Below, piece after piece: positions 25,125 through 37,118 of a DNA stretch of 64,000 bases (positions within the stretch are counted from its first letter, which is position 1; each line of letters begins with the position of its first letter). Origin of the DNA: Octopus vulgaris (lineage: Eukaryota); NCBI GenBank assembly GCA_951406725.2, contig OX597814.1, positions 172,236,001 to 172,300,000 on the forward strand. Reading direction: 5' to 3'. The notes under the pieces are model-generated. The model was not told where the DNA came from. It saw nothing but the letters and a program-made list of their open reading frames with translations, and searched no databases. The translations under genes and the position numbers were made by a program.

Positions 25125-25850
25125 AGACGAATGTACACAAGCTCTGCATGAAGAGGGGTAAATGTGGACGTGAGCTGATTAGCATATCGGTGTACCTCAA
25201 CCGTGAAAGAAGGAACGTGGCAGTATATTTGGTAAACAGCAAACAAGACCTGCTACAGTATGCTGCTAATACAGAAGGATTTATCAAAAATGGACGTGAG
25301 AGTGCTCATGAATTCCGATCACCAACAGCCAACGAGAGAGAAAGAACCTTACTCCGCATGGATTTACATGGTCAGTTCCACCGTGAGACTAGCAATTTAA
25401 AAGACCAGGAAGCATCATGGAGGTGGATCAGCAAGGGTGACATAAAAAAGAATACTAAAAGTCCAATCATCACTGCTCAAGATCAGGCATTGAATACCAA
25501 CTCAGTGAAAAAGGATATATACCACTCAAGTGCATCGGACCTCTGCAGAATGTGTGGGAAGAGGGTCGAAAACGGGACTCACATTGTTAGTGCTTGTGAA
25601 AGTCTTGTGCAGAAAGAGTACAAGCGCAGACATGATAAGGTAGCCCAAAACCTTTATTGGCTACTATGCCAGAAGTATGGATACGCGGTTATGGGTGCTC
25701 GGTGCAACATACACCGGAAAAGGTAATGGACGAAAAGGGAAAGGCGAAAGTCCTCTGGGACTTTGACTTCCAGACAGTCAAAACGTTAGAATACCGAAGG
25801 CGGATATAATAACATTTAGGAGGACAAACAAGAGTACCTAATAATTGATG
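25125..25850 (+). mobile_element. Second RLE-type (R4-like) LINE fragment
   Basis: LHGQF, AQDQALNT, CRMCGKRVENGTHIVSAC, RRHDKVA and LWDF motifs. It begins right after (TAA)n. Confidence 0.82.
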
Positions 25851-25914
25851 ACAGATAGGCGTCCACTACACTCACGATCTTCAAAGATCAGGTCTCAGCT
25901 GCAAAATCGTTTAA

Positions 25915-26104
25915 ATTACTGGTCATTTCCTCTGCAAACGTTTCGTTGATATCGTGCGCAGTATGAGCTCGTTTAAATCCTTTTTTGAAGCTGAATTGCA
26001 AAATTGCTCGAATATGGCGTTTTGACAGTTCCATTTCAGATGATTGTAACAACGGGGGAAAAAATATCAATGTTAATTTATTGGTCAAGTCTATGTCTGT
26101 ATTA
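25915..26104 (-). mobile_element. mariner 5' fragment (TIR-like end plus N-terminal HTH)
   Basis: MELSKRHIRAILQFSFKKGFKRAHTAHDINETFAE resembles a mariner transposase N-terminus. Confidence 0.7.
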
Positions 26105-26424
26105 TAACCTTGTGAGTGGGTTTGGTAGACGGAAACTGAAAGAAGCCCTAGGTATATATATGTGTGTGTATTTGTGTGTGTGTGTGTGTTTGTCCCCCCC
26201 CCCAACATCGCTTGACAAACGATGTTGGTGTGTTTACGTCCCCGTAACATAGCGGTTCTGCAAAAGAGGCCGATAGAATAAGTACTAGGCTTACAAAGAA
26301 GTCCTGGGGTCGATTTGTTCGACTAAAGGCGGTGCTCCAGCATAGCTGCAGTCAAATGACTGAAACAAATAAAAGAATATATATATACATACATACATAT
26401 ATATATACATAAATATATATATAA

Positions 26425-26507
<83 letters not shown>

Positions 26508-26512
<5 letters not shown>

Positions 26513-26831
26513 TTAGAGACAAAACCACTATTATGCAAATCAAACAAAGAAAGACTTAATCCAATACATCAAATAATTTATATAAATTAAAATTTAACAA
26601 TTATAAATAACCACTACGATCGTTTCGTGTCAGCACATCTTGGAGACATTCTTCAGGTGGTTTCAAAACCTAAAATATAATCAATTTTTTTAAGACATAA
26701 ATATCTATATAATCTAAATAATAGTCGTTTTGTCTCTAATTTAATATAATATTATTTTACTATAAAATTGGATTCAATCCTAAATCTGATTTTTCCCTGT
26801 AAATTTGGATTTATTCCCTAATATTTATTAT

Positions 26832-26836
<5 letters not shown>
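26508..26836. mobile_element. HHR-bearing element with short inverted arms, in (TA)n
   Basis: ttaaattagagacaaaac (26508) is inverted at 26727-26744, with (TA)n on both sides. The right arm resembles 19440-19520. Confidence 0.65.
26609..26662 (-). ncRNA. Type I minimal hammerhead ribozyme
   Basis: aaccac CUGAAGA auguc...gacac GAAA C-gauc-G UA gugguu. Confidence 0.82.
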
Positions 26837-26896
<60 letters not shown>

Positions 26897-27015
26897 TACT
26901 TGGAGGATAAGAAACGACGCGAGGCGCTCAGTCATATAATAACAATTTAACAAATAAAACATATGCATACCTACATACATATATGTACATACCTACATCT
27001 ATATGTATATATACA

Positions 27016-27071
<56 letters not shown>

Positions 27072-27228
27072 TACAGGACACCACAAATAAACGTAGAACA
27101 CAACGAGAAACGAAAACATAAAAACAAACAAGGAAACGGACTTTTTTTAACAACGAAAAAACAGAGTACAAGACAAACAATACAAGGAATATTTCCCGTC
27201 ATCAGCTGCCCCTGGTTCGACTCAATGC

Positions 27229-27282
<54 letters not shown>

Positions 27283-28496
27283 ATGGAGAGAGAGAGAGAG
27301 AAGAGAAAGAGATGAAGAGAGGAAGATATATAGTTTGGCCAGTGGCCTGTATTTGAACAGCACATACAAATGCGGTTATATAAAATAACATACATCATGA
27401 TTTATTCAAACTTTGTCCACCTTCAGAGGATGTATCATTATTGTCCAATAACAAAAAGAGGATAGGATTTGGAATTGTAGAGCACATTATATTATTTATT
27501 TAATGATTGTTATAGAGTCTCCAATAGAAAAGAATATGACAAACACAGAAATAAGAGATTCATAATTTGTGTCTGGTGTCTGTGGTCAGAATAGGTTATA
27601 GATATATTGAAGACCGATGTGGACGTGGTTACCAAAGACACGAGGATGGTGTCGATGGTATGTTGGAGCTGGAGCGGCATGGACAACCGATTGAGACCCT
27701 AGGCAACTCCCTTTAACCTCCAATAATACACTGAGAATGAAGATGTTCACCGGAAATAGAAATGCGAACTCAAAACGAAACAAAACAAATATCAGAATGG
27801 AAAGACAACACACGACAAATAAATACATTCATGCCTGAAGAAAACTGAGTCTTGCCACCGTACTTTCCATCCAACTCAGCAACACTCAACCTAAGAGAAG
27901 GAAGAATATATACATAAAGGTAGGAATTGATAACCAAATGCCAAATTACGCCCCCTCTTTTTCTCTCCCCCTTCCTGAATCAACTTCTATCTATCAATCT
28001 TGCTCTCTCTCTTTTTCTGTATATATGTGTGTATATGTGTGTATGTGTGTGTGTGAATCTATATAACATTCAAATGATAATTATTATTATTATTAATATA
28101 GCATATTTGTGTGCGTATAGCAAATACATACACATCGAAAGACGCCTGTTGTTATGTCATGTTATTATCATCATTATTGTTTTTTTGTATTATTTTTGAA
28201 TTTATATTCGTGTAACATCGTCCGTTTTTCCGTCCTTCTTTCGTATACATTCGATGCTTTTTTCCAAGGAATTTAATGCTCTTAGCTTAGTTTTTCCTTG
28301 GGGCTGTCCAGACTGGAGTAATCTCAAGATTAATCAGCCGAAATTGCGAGGATGATCCGGTTCTTGATTGAAGATAAAAGGCTTTGAATGACCCGGCCGT
28401 GTTTTTTTGTATCGTCTATCTAGATGTTTTGATATCCCTTTTAGTATCACCTAGTTGTCCGGATGTTTTGCGTTCTTGTCCCATTTTGTATTTTAT

Positions 28497-28588
<92 letters not shown>

Positions 28589-28601
28589 ATATATATACAC
28601 T

Positions 28602-28642
<41 letters not shown>

Positions 28643-29752
28643 TTATAAATATATATATATATACACTTATAAATATATATATATATATATATATTGTATG
28701 TTAAAACACATGAATGACACACACACATAAGCATATATATGTGTTTGTAAAATTGTATATATGTATGTATGTGTGTGTGTGTGCATATACATAGTGCATT
28801 CTCTCTGTGCATAATGTTTCTCTCATCCTAAGTTTCTCTTTTGTTTCTCATTCTCTCTTTTTACTCTTTAGTCTCTCCCTAATGTCATGTTTACATTATT
28901 CATCGCTCTATCACATTCATTTCTCTTTTCTTCCCAGTTTCGTTATCTCTCTCTCTCTCTCTCTCGCCTCTTTCTCTGTGTGTTTGTCTGACCCTTACTC
29001 TCTCTCTCTCTCTCCTCTTTCTCTGTCTGTCTGTCTGTCTGTCTCTCTCTTTAATCCCTCACCCTTTCACCCCGCTTCCTCTACCACTACACGCCACAAA
29101 CTTGAAATAGATGTTGTGGCTATTTCAACATGTCATTCAATAGAGTTTCAGTCAGACCTGAACGTATCTCCCTGGCGTCCAACTGTCCAAACTGCTCCAA
29201 GATGGTACTAAAAAAAAAAAATACCAATAAATAAATAAATAAATATGTAAACAAACATACAAACAAACAATTAGATATATATATATAAAAAATATAAAAA
29301 GTGAAAAAAGTGAAAGAAATACAATATAATATACAATAAGAAAAGGAATACAATAAAATTTGCGGAGACGAAACTTAGGCAAACTTTAAACAAGTCTTTT
29401 TTATGGTGGCTGGTTGATTGGTGGTGTTGGTGGAGGAGATTGTCAGTACGATGGTGGTAATGGACGTGGTAATAGTGGCAGTGGCGATAGTGGTGGCGAG
29501 GTTGCTGTAAGTGGTGGTGATATAGAGGTGATGAGAAGGTGATGTTGGAGGGAACTAAGTCGACCGGAGACATCTCCCACCTGGGTTCTCGTGATAATTG
29601 TTCTGTTGTTGTTGTTGTTGTTGTTCTTGCTGTCGTTTTTTTTTATTGTTGTTCTTTTGCCGTAGTGATAATGGTGATAATGATGACGATGATGATCCTG
29701 ATGATAAAGACGATGCTGAAGATGATGATGAACGTAATGATGATGATGATGT

Positions 29753-29786
<34 letters not shown>

Positions 29787-30001
29787 AAAAAAAGGGGTAG
29801 GAAAATGTGGGAGAGTCAAGCGAAGAGATAAAAGAATGTCTGTTGCGTTCATATACACACAAAATAATATATCTAAACACCCACCCACCCACCCATCCAT
29901 CCATCCATCACTCCATCCATCCATCCATCTATCCATCAAACCAGCAATCCATCCATCCATCCATCCATCCATCCATTCATCCATCCATATATACATACAT
30001 T

Positions 30002-30041
<40 letters not shown>

Positions 30042-30137
30042 CATGTATGCATGCATACACACAGACAAACAGACATAGATAGATAGATAGATAGATAGAA
30101 CATCTATATGCATATACGCAGAGACATAGGTATAGTA

Positions 30138-30191
<54 letters not shown>

Positions 30192-30575
30192 CACAGAGAA
30201 ACAGACGCTAATACAGATATATGAAGACTTATTTACATGTATATGTGTGTGTATATATATAAATGTATATGATATATATCATTATAAGTGTATTGATATC
30301 TATGCGTGTATAAAAATGTACTTTCTGTGACCACGAATATATGTACATATAAATACAGTTGAATGAATACATAGATATACATATTTTTTGTGTTGGTGTG
30401 CCTTTTTTCTCTGTCTGCCGAGAATACGTTTGTATACCAGACACTCACTCATGCGCAGTCTCAGACACATATATGTACGCATGTATGTGTACGTATATAT
30501 ATAGATATATATATATATACATACATATATATAAAATATATATATATATACATACATATATATATCTGTGTATAT

Positions 30576-30624
<49 letters not shown>

Positions 30625-31579
30625 TACAACACACACATATATATATATATACAAACACATATATACATATACATACATACGCACACATATCTGCATACAA
30701 ACGTACAAAACTACGTTCATAATATTTAGTTATAGATTGTGTGGGATGTCTTCGCAAAGAGAAGCACAGCGCATAAGCAGATGCGTGTGACAACATGACA
30801 GACTGATGAATAAAACTCACATTTGATTTTCTTGCCAATATTTGATATTTTAATTCCTATGTGGGTTTGAGCAAAAAGGTATTTTTGCTGCGTGGTCAAT
30901 CTTGTTCTGTTTCTAAACATTTTAGCTTTAACCCGTCAAATCTCTTGCGGCAGTTTCCAACGTAATCCTCGTTTTACACCTTGTCACAAACAACTATGTC
31001 TTTCTATATATGGAGCCAACGAGGGAGCCAGTACAAGGACGTCAGTCCTACTAGAAGCGGCTCCAAATTTTCCTCAAACCAGAAGTCTGATCTCTTAAAA
31101 AAAAAGGGAAGGTTTCTTTGGTTGATGTATTTCCAGAAATAGAATAATATTTATAATTAAGAACTAAATATTTTAATATCTTTTTACACTGTTGATTTAA
31201 AAATCAATCGCAGTTTTTCTGCCGTCTCCTTCCTGACAGGTTTTTCAATTTATTCTCGATCAGTGTATAAACGTTTCCATATGAATAAAAAAAAAAAAAC
31301 TCATGTGAGCTGGTTATCTGCGAAGAGGAAAAAAAATTTCATGATTCGGAGAATAGTCTTTCTTCAAGGAAAATATGTAGCGGCTGATACCACGGTTATT
31401 AAAGGACAAATGAAAAAAGGGAGAGCGATGAGGAAAGAGATGGGCGAGAAAAATAAAATATGAGTAATGTCGAACAGGGGCATAACTGTCTTAGGTTCAG
31501 TCTCACTTTGGTCAAGTGTCATCTTTTATAGCCCTGAGCTGACCAATACCTTCATAGTCAATTTGGTAGACGGAACGGG

Positions 31580-31624
<45 letters not shown>

Positions 31625-31626
<2 letters not shown>

Positions 31627-31957
31627 TACGGAGATGTACTTGCATAGCAAGTGATTTGATCTGAGATCGTGTGCTGAAACGAAAACAATTGCAGCGTGGA
31701 AGGTGTTTGTAAGCCATTTAAGAAACACACAAAGCCGTTCGATTCACTTCAACATTTAAGTTTAATTTGTCAAAATATTTTCGTCGCTATAAGACCGCGA
31801 CCTGTTCATCGAGATGCAGCACGGATTTTTGTCAGTGAACAGGTCGCGGTCTTAAAGCGACGAAAATATTTTGACAAATTGAACTTAAATGTTGAAGTGA
31901 ACTGAACGGCTTTTGTGTGTTTCTTAAATGGCTTACAAACACCTTCCACGTTGCAAT
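31625..31957. mobile_element. Inverted-arm element in (TA)n with an HHR-like fold
   Basis: 31688-31808 is inverted at 31836-31957, with (TA)n on both sides. Confidence 0.7.
31828..31878 (+). ncRNA. Candidate variant hammerhead (G3-C8 core)
   Basis: tttgtca GTGAACA g gtcgc..gcgac GAAA a-ta-t TT tgacaaa. Stems I and II are perfect, but the cleavage triplet would be UUU. Confidence 0.45.
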
Positions 31958-32038
31958 AATATATATATATATATATATACTCTCTCTCTCTCTTTTACTT
32001 GTTTCAGTCATTTGACTGCGGCCATGCTGGAGCACCGC

Positions 32039-32095
<57 letters not shown>

Positions 32096-32208
32096 CATTA
32101 CAAAATATTTTTATGTTAAAATACCATAATAAAAAAAGTGAAAACCAGACTATGTTTTAACTTTATTCAACTGATATATTATTCTATACACATTCACACA
32201 AATTCAGA

Positions 32209-32255
<47 letters not shown>

Positions 32256-32297
32256 CATATGTATGTATCTAGGTATACATGTATATATATGCATATG

Positions 32298-32329
<32 letters not shown>

Positions 32330-32377
32330 AATGTGTGTGTGTTATGTATATATGTATGTATGTATACATATGTGTAT

Positions 32378-32409
<32 letters not shown>

Positions 32410-32446
32410 GTGTGTGTGTATGTATATATGTATGAATACATATGTG

Positions 32447-32501
<55 letters not shown>

Positions 32502-32978
32502 GGGGAGGATGTATCTTTGCGCCTGTATTTGTCTCCCTACTGCTAGACAAATGGTGTTGATTTGCTTGTATCATCGTAACTTTGTGATTTGGCAAAAGAG
32601 GGTCGATAGAATAAGTATTAGACTTTATTTATAAACCAAAACGACTTAGGCCCTGGCGTGGCTGTGTGGTAAGAAGCTTTCTTACCAACACCATGATTCC
32701 TGATTGTGTCCCACTGCGTTGCACCTTGGGCAAGTGTCTTCTACTATAGTCTCGGGCCGACCAAAGCCTTGTAAGTGAATTTGGTAGACGGAAACTGCTA
32801 GATGGAATACGTCGTATATAATATATATACATATATACAGTATGATATCAAGGGCTATTTCTATAAGTAAAGCCAACGCTGGAAGGGGACTCTTAAGTCA
32901 AACTACTTCAATGAATATACACAGGCACCGAATTCGTGGGAATGAACAGAGGAGAAATTCCTTTTAAAAAGGTTTAGT

Positions 32979-33040
32979 CGTGTATCATTAATGATTTCAT
33001 GGTCTGCATGTACAATATATGCTCTCCGTTCATCAGTACG
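32979..33040 (-). ncRNA. Type I hammerhead ribozyme, slightly decayed
   Basis: cgua CUGAUGA acgg..ccau GAAA ucau-ua-auga UA cacg. Stem III is palindromic, with single A.C mismatches in stems I and II. Confidence 0.68.
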
Positions 33041-33364
33041 TGCATAACCAGGAACTATAAGCATCTATACATACCATGCGAACAACAACGCATCCAGCAG
33101 AGCATATACAAATAATGTTCACACTTAAATATACATGAAAGGGGCTTCTCTTTCTTGTTCATCTCGGCCGTATGTTTCGGTCGAGCGCCCTGTATCTAGT
33201 TCTGGAAATTGTATTTCGTAAACCACAGACTACGCCGATGATCTTGCAGATTTTTGCGTATACATATACGTAAATATTAACCGAAATAACTCTGAATATA
33301 TTCCGGTTTAATTTTTAAATAAACTATAAATTTTTAAATAAACTATCAAGATAAAATCTACATA

Positions 33365-33736
33365 GGCGTAGGAGTGGCTGTGTGGTAAGTAGCTTGTTTA
33401 CTAACCACATGGTTCCGGGTTCAGTCCCACTGCGTGGCACCTTGGGCAAGTGTCTTCTACTATAGCCTCGGGCCGACCAAAGCCTTGTGAGTGGATTTGG
33501 TAGACGGAAACTGAAAGAAGCCCGTCGTATATATGTATATGCGTGGGTGTGTTTGTGTCTGTGTTTGTCCCCCTAGCATTGCTTGACAACCGATGCTGGT
33601 GTGTTTACGTCCCCGTTACCTAGCGGTTCGGCAAAAGAGACTAAGTCCCGGGGTCGAGTTGCTCGATTAAAAAAGGCGGTGCTCCAGCATGGCCGCAGTC
33701 AAATGACTGAAACAAGTAAATGAGAGTAAATGAGTA
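33365..33736 (+). mobile_element. SINE family A, full length
   Basis: GGCGTAGGAGTGGCTGTGTGG (A box), GGGTTCAGTCCC (B box), CACCTTGGGCAAGTG, central microsatellite and GAGTAAA tail. Confidence 0.9.
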
Positions 33737-34176
33737 TAAGATTTTATCTAGTAGCCATCGAAAAGAAAAAAACTAATACAAACTATATAGTATTTTTTCC
33801 TTATATATAAAATACATAATTATATCAAGGGCTATCACTATGAGTAACGCCAACGCTTTAAGGGGACTACTTCAATAAATATACACAAGCACCTAATTCG
33901 GGGGTATGAACATAAGAGAACTTCTCTTAAAAAATGGTTTAGTCAGGTTTTATCCTTGTATATATATACTCTCTTTTACTCTTTTACTTGTTTCAGTCAT
34001 TTGACTGCGGCCATGCTGGAGCACCGCCTTTAGTCGAGCAAATCGACCCCGGCACTTATTCTTTGTAAGCCCAGTACTTATTCTATCGGTCTCTTTTGCC
34101 GAACCGCTAAGTCACGGGGACGTAAACACACCAGCATCGGTTGTCAAGCAATGCTAGGAGGACAAACACAGACACA

Positions 34177-34244
<68 letters not shown>

Positions 34245-34251
34245 AATATAT

Positions 34252-34794
34252 CTTTGCAAGATAGAGGACGCCGTGATGGCGTCAGGCCTATCTGGTGACG
34301 TTGATGTTCGCCTGGGGCTAAATGCAACAGTGACACCCCCACCACCCTGCCCTGTCCCTAGCCATATTCGGTTGGCTAATATCCCTTATATTACGGAGAA
34401 GTCACTGTCTATATCTCATTTAGAGAATTATTATTGCTGTCGAACAGATTTTCGAAATCAGTAAATGTATTTACTTGAAAATCCTTATATATATCTTGCA
34501 AAGTTGGTCGTTCATCGAGAAGCGATGCCTACCACACGTTGATAATAGGCAATACACCTTGAAACCTAGGTCCGTGTGTGGTATCGGCTTCTTGGTGAGT
34601 GATCTCCCTTTGCAAGATAGAGGACGCCGTGATGGCGTCAGGCCTATCTGGTGACGTTGATGTTCGCCTGGGGCTAAATGCAACAGTGACACCCCCACCA
34701 CCCTGCCCTGTCCCTAGCCATATTCGGTTGGCTAATATCCCTTATATTACGGAGCAGTCACTGTCTATATCTCATTTAGAGAATTATTATTGCT
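34252..34794 (+). mobile_element. Retrozyme-like element, 356-nt unit, ~1.5 copies
   Basis: 34252-34438 repeats at 34608-34794 with one substitution seen. It is non-coding and highly structured, has a single HHR, and has TA runs on both sides. Confidence 0.82.
34533..34578 (+). ncRNA. Type I hammerhead ribozyme, U3-A8 core variant
   Basis: cacacg TTGATAA tagg-caataca-cctt GAAA C-ctag-G TC cgtgtg. Predicted cleavage after C34572. Confidence 0.8.
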
Positions 34795-35100
34795 ATATAT
34801 ATATATATATACATATATACGACAGGCTTCTTTCAGTTTCCGTCTGCCAAATCCACTCACAAGGCATTGGTCGGCCCGGGGCTATAGCAGAAGACACTTG
34901 CCCAAGATGCCACGCAGTGGGACTGAACCCGGAACCATGTGGTTGTTTAGCAAGCTACTTACCACACAGCCACTCCTATATATATATAGTGGTCATTCCT
35001 CTTAATTTTGTATGTATAAAATTTTTAATCTTCGGATTTTTTAAAAATATGCTAGGCCACTGGTTTTAATTGATTAATATTAATTTCTACCCTTATTTAA

Positions 35101-35495
35101 TCTTTATATATAAAAGTCAAGTTGTGTGTCTGTCTCCTACGATTTAGATTCCTAGCCACTCCCACATTTTGCGGTGCAGTGTAACCAAAAGCGGGTATCT
35201 TATAGTCGTGATTCATATCGAGCCCTTCTGGGTATTAGCGCGCGTCTACGATGAGTCTACGATTAAAAAAAAAAATTACCATCATTTTTTCCCATTTTTA
35301 ATGCATTTTTTTGCTATTATATAAGGGAAGTAACTCTCTAAAAATGTATTATTAAATCTCAGAACGTAAAAAGCTACAGTAACACCCCTCTTTGTGGTTA
35401 GCCATATTGAGATGGCTATTATACTTTACATATCTAAAAATGCTTATATAGTTATTTCCCTTACAAACCCGAGCAACGCCGTGCGATACTGCTAG
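35101..35495 (+). mobile_element. Non-autonomous Helitron
   Basis: A|TC 5' end, subterminal CCCGAGCAACGCCG.G matching the 4381 element, and a CTAG|T 3' end. Confidence 0.85.
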
Positions 35496-35700
35496 TTTTA
35501 TATAAAAAATGTTCTCTAGCCGGTAAATTAACTGCTGTAGTTTCTTACCTGCAGAGTAATTTCCGACCTCAGCGCGCCAAAGTGAAGGCATTTGAAGGCA
35601 TTATATACACATAAATATAATTTGTAGGACTTTATGCATGCTGGATTTCGGTCGAGCGCCCTGTATCTAGTTCTGGAAATTGTATTTCTTAAACGACAGA

Positions 35701-35775
35701 CTACGCCGATGATCTTGCAGATTTTTGCGTATCCATATACGTAAATATTGACAAGTGAAACTAATTAGTACGTAG
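35701..35775 (+). ncRNA. Type I hammerhead-like fold with U4C core
   Basis: ctacg CCGATGA tcttg...caagt GAAA cta-at-tag TA cgtag. Confidence 0.65.
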
Positions 35776-35943
35776 GTAATGGTTTTTTTTTTTATTTACG
35801 TATATTTTCATTTGTCTTATTTTTAAACTTTAGTTTTTGCTGAATTTTGTTATTGAGAACACATTCTTCGTGGTAAATGACGAGATTGACGTCTATATCT
35901 AGCATACAGGCTGTCCACTATTAATGGTCATTCCTCTTAATTT

Positions 35944-35997
<54 letters not shown>

Positions 35998-36507
35998 GGT
36001 ATGTATGTATGTATGTATATGTTTGTACGTCTGTTTTTGTCCCCTCACCTTTGCTTGACAACCGATGTTGGTGTGTTTAATGTCCCCGTAACATAACGGT
36101 TCGGCAAAAGATCCTGATAGAGTAAGTATTAGGCTTAGAAAGAATAAGTCCTGGGGGTGATTTCTTCCACTAAAGGCGGTGCTCCAGCATGGCTGCAGTC
36201 AAATGACTGAAACAAGTAAATGACTACAAGAATAAAAGAATAGATACAAGAGTCGTAAATTTTTTTTGATGGTCCAAATAAAGGTTTTGACACTTATTTC
36301 TAGCAGGTAGACACTTTAATGTGTCCTTATGATTAATATAATTTTAATTCTTTAAGTATATCTTGCTATTTTTTAGGCCTGCAACCACCTATTTTAATGT
36401 TTCTGTTATTATCAGCTATTTATATTGCCTTCGATAATAATAGAAATATTAATATCTTATAAATATTCACTTCCGAATATTTTTGCTGCTGATATATATT
36501 CATATAT

Positions 36508-36568
<61 letters not shown>

Positions 36569-36651
36569 GTGAGGGAAGAAATGGAGCTGAACGAAGATTT
36601 TACAAAATTCCTTTTTATTATTTTCTACATATGTTTCAAAGGCTGCAAAGT

Positions 36652-36697
<46 letters not shown>

Positions 36698-36880
36698 GTA
36701 TGTATACATGTGTGTGTGTATATGTATGTATGTATGTATGTATGTATACATGTGTGTGTGTATATGTATGTGTGTATGTATGTATACATGTGTGTGTGTA
36801 TATGTATGTATGTATGTATACATGTGTGTGTGTATATGTATATATATATATATGTATGTATGTATGTATACATGTGTGTG

Positions 36881-36928
<48 letters not shown>

Positions 36929-37079
36929 TATACATGTGTGTATGTATACGTATGCAGGTATATACGTATATATATTTACACGTGTGTATGTGTGTATGTA
37001 TACGTATGCAGGTATATACGTATATATATTTACACGTGTGTATGTGTGTTTATGTATGTATGTCTATAATTGTATATAT

Positions 37080-37118
<39 letters not shown>

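Larger units (their letters stand above)
32845..33945 (-). mobile_element. Retrozyme-like element (~600-nt unit plus partial repeat), interrupted by SINE A
   Basis: 32845-32978 recurs, diverged, at 33822-33945. An HHR lies at 32979-33040(-). Confidence 0.55.
33969..34978 (-). mobile_element. SINE family A, interrupted in its central microsatellite by the 356-nt element
   Basis: 33969-34250 and 34810-34978 match the two halves of the copy at 3139-3564. Confidence 0.85.
34990..35946 (+). mobile_element. Retrozyme-like element (~540-nt unit, 22-nt terminal redundancy), interrupted by a Helitron
   Basis: tggtcattcctcttaattttgt occurs at 34990 and 35925, with TA runs outside both. An HHR lies at 35701. 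Confidence 0.55.

Noticed and set aside
27180-27232. CUGAUGA on the minus strand in a TA-flanked insert
   Set aside because: The GAAA/stem III/cleavage half is not present in this truncated copy, so it cannot be called.
33365-33440. tRNA genes at SINE heads (also 2440, 44828, 56290)
   Set aside because: The A/B boxes run into SINE bodies and I see no complete cloverleaf or acceptor stem.
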